From Pseudomonas sp. (GTDB lineage Bacteria > Pseudomonadota > Gammaproteobacteria > Pseudomonadales > Pseudomonadaceae), in the NCBI RefSeq assembly GCF_030684895.1, contig NZ_JAUXXP010000016.1:4244-68243 (forward strand): DNA of 64,000 nt, read 5' to 3'. How positions within the stretch are numbered: position 1 is the stretch's first letter; every line of letters starts with the position of its first letter. The position numbers and the translations under genes were made by a program. A model generated the notes under the pieces. That model ran no database searches, was not told the DNA's origin, and saw only the letters and a program-made list of their open reading frames with translations. This document shows positions 63,505-64,000 of this stretch, piece by piece.

Positions 63505-64000
63505 ATGTTTGCTTTTATCGCACGCCGCTTGGGATTGCTGATCCCCACCTTCTTCGGCGTTACCTTGCTGACCTTTGCGCTGATCCGCATGATCCCCGGC
63601 GACCCGGTGGAAGTGATGATGGGCGAACGCCGGGTGGACCCGGTCATGCACGCCCAGGCCATGGAGCGCCTGGGTTTGAACAAGCCGCTGTATGCCCAGT
63701 ACTTCGACTACATCGGCAAGCTGGCCCAGGGCGATCTGGGTGAGTCGCTGCGCACCCGCACCAGCGTCTGGGACGAATTCACCACGCTGTTTCCCGCCAC
63801 CCTGGAGCTGTCCCTCGCCGCTCTGCTGTTTGCCGGCACCCTGGGGCTGATCGCCGGAGTGATTGCTGCACTGAAACGGGGCTCGCTGTTCGACCATGGG
63901 GTGATGGGCATCTCGCTGGCCGGTTATTCCATGCCGATTTTCTGGTGGGGCTTGCTGCTGATCATGTTCTTCTCGGTGTGGCTGGGCTGGACGCCGGTGT
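63505..64000 (+). CDS. dppB: Dipeptide ABC transporter permease DppB, N-terminal part; the gene continues past the window end
   Basis: It is not in the ORF track because it has no stop. The ATG at 63505 gives MFAFIARRLGLLIPTFFGVTLLTFALIRMIPGDPVEVMMGER..., the canonical DppB/OppB N-terminus. Confidence 0.9.
   Translation, partial: MFAFIARRLGLLIPTFFGVTLLTFALIRMIPGDPVEVMMGERRVDPVMHAQAMERLGLNKPLYAQYFDYIGKLAQGDLGESLRTRTSVWDEFTTLFPATLELSLAALLFAGTLGLIAGVIAALKRGSLFDHGVMGISLAGYSMPIFWWGLLLIMFFSVWLGWTPV

Overview
GC-rich chromosomal segment that reads like Pseudomonas core genome. The gene order matches what I recall for P. aeruginosa PAO1 around PA4442-PA4503. In order: cysN/cysD, a Nif3-like gene, algW, a two-gene TonB-receptor/DUF4198 insert, hisC-hisD-hisG, murA, ibaG, mlaFEDCB, kdsD-kdsC-lptC-lptA-lptB-rpoN-hpf-ptsN-rapZ-ptsO, pmbA, yjgA, tldD, a C-N hydrolase, yhdP, rng, maf, mreBCD, gatCAB, an RlpA-like lipoprotein and a CaCA antiporter. 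These are followed by a six-gene alpha-2-macroglobulin (mag / yfaS-type) operon, an AEC transporter, roxSR, a SIMPL protein and the dipeptide locus (three dppA paralogs, mdpA, psdR, opdP, dppB). I call 58 CDS. I saw no rRNA, tRNA, CRISPR array, integrase or transposase. Most long ORFs lying opposite these genes are GC-driven shadow ORFs. Several ORF-track starts are upstream extensions, and I trimmed them to the conserved N-terminus. The items most worth a second look are listed here. (1) The mag operon: its A2M carries an apparently intact GCVEQ thioester motif, and its DUF2300 partner shows a SpoIID-like segment plus a C-terminal HExxHxxxxxH. (2) A four-copy AT-rich palindrome (ATTTAAG-N5-CTTAAWT) lies exactly on the mdpA/psdR and dppA3 promoters. 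(3) A diverged 113-bp tandem duplication of the gatA/gatB junction creates a 33-codon chimeric sORF. (4) A Zur-like palindrome precedes the inserted TonB-dependent receptor. (5) Three REP families share GTAG heads. (6) mreC has a conserved N-terminus that starts at an ATC codon. All family assignments rest on motif recognition by eye and remembered synteny; no searches were run.
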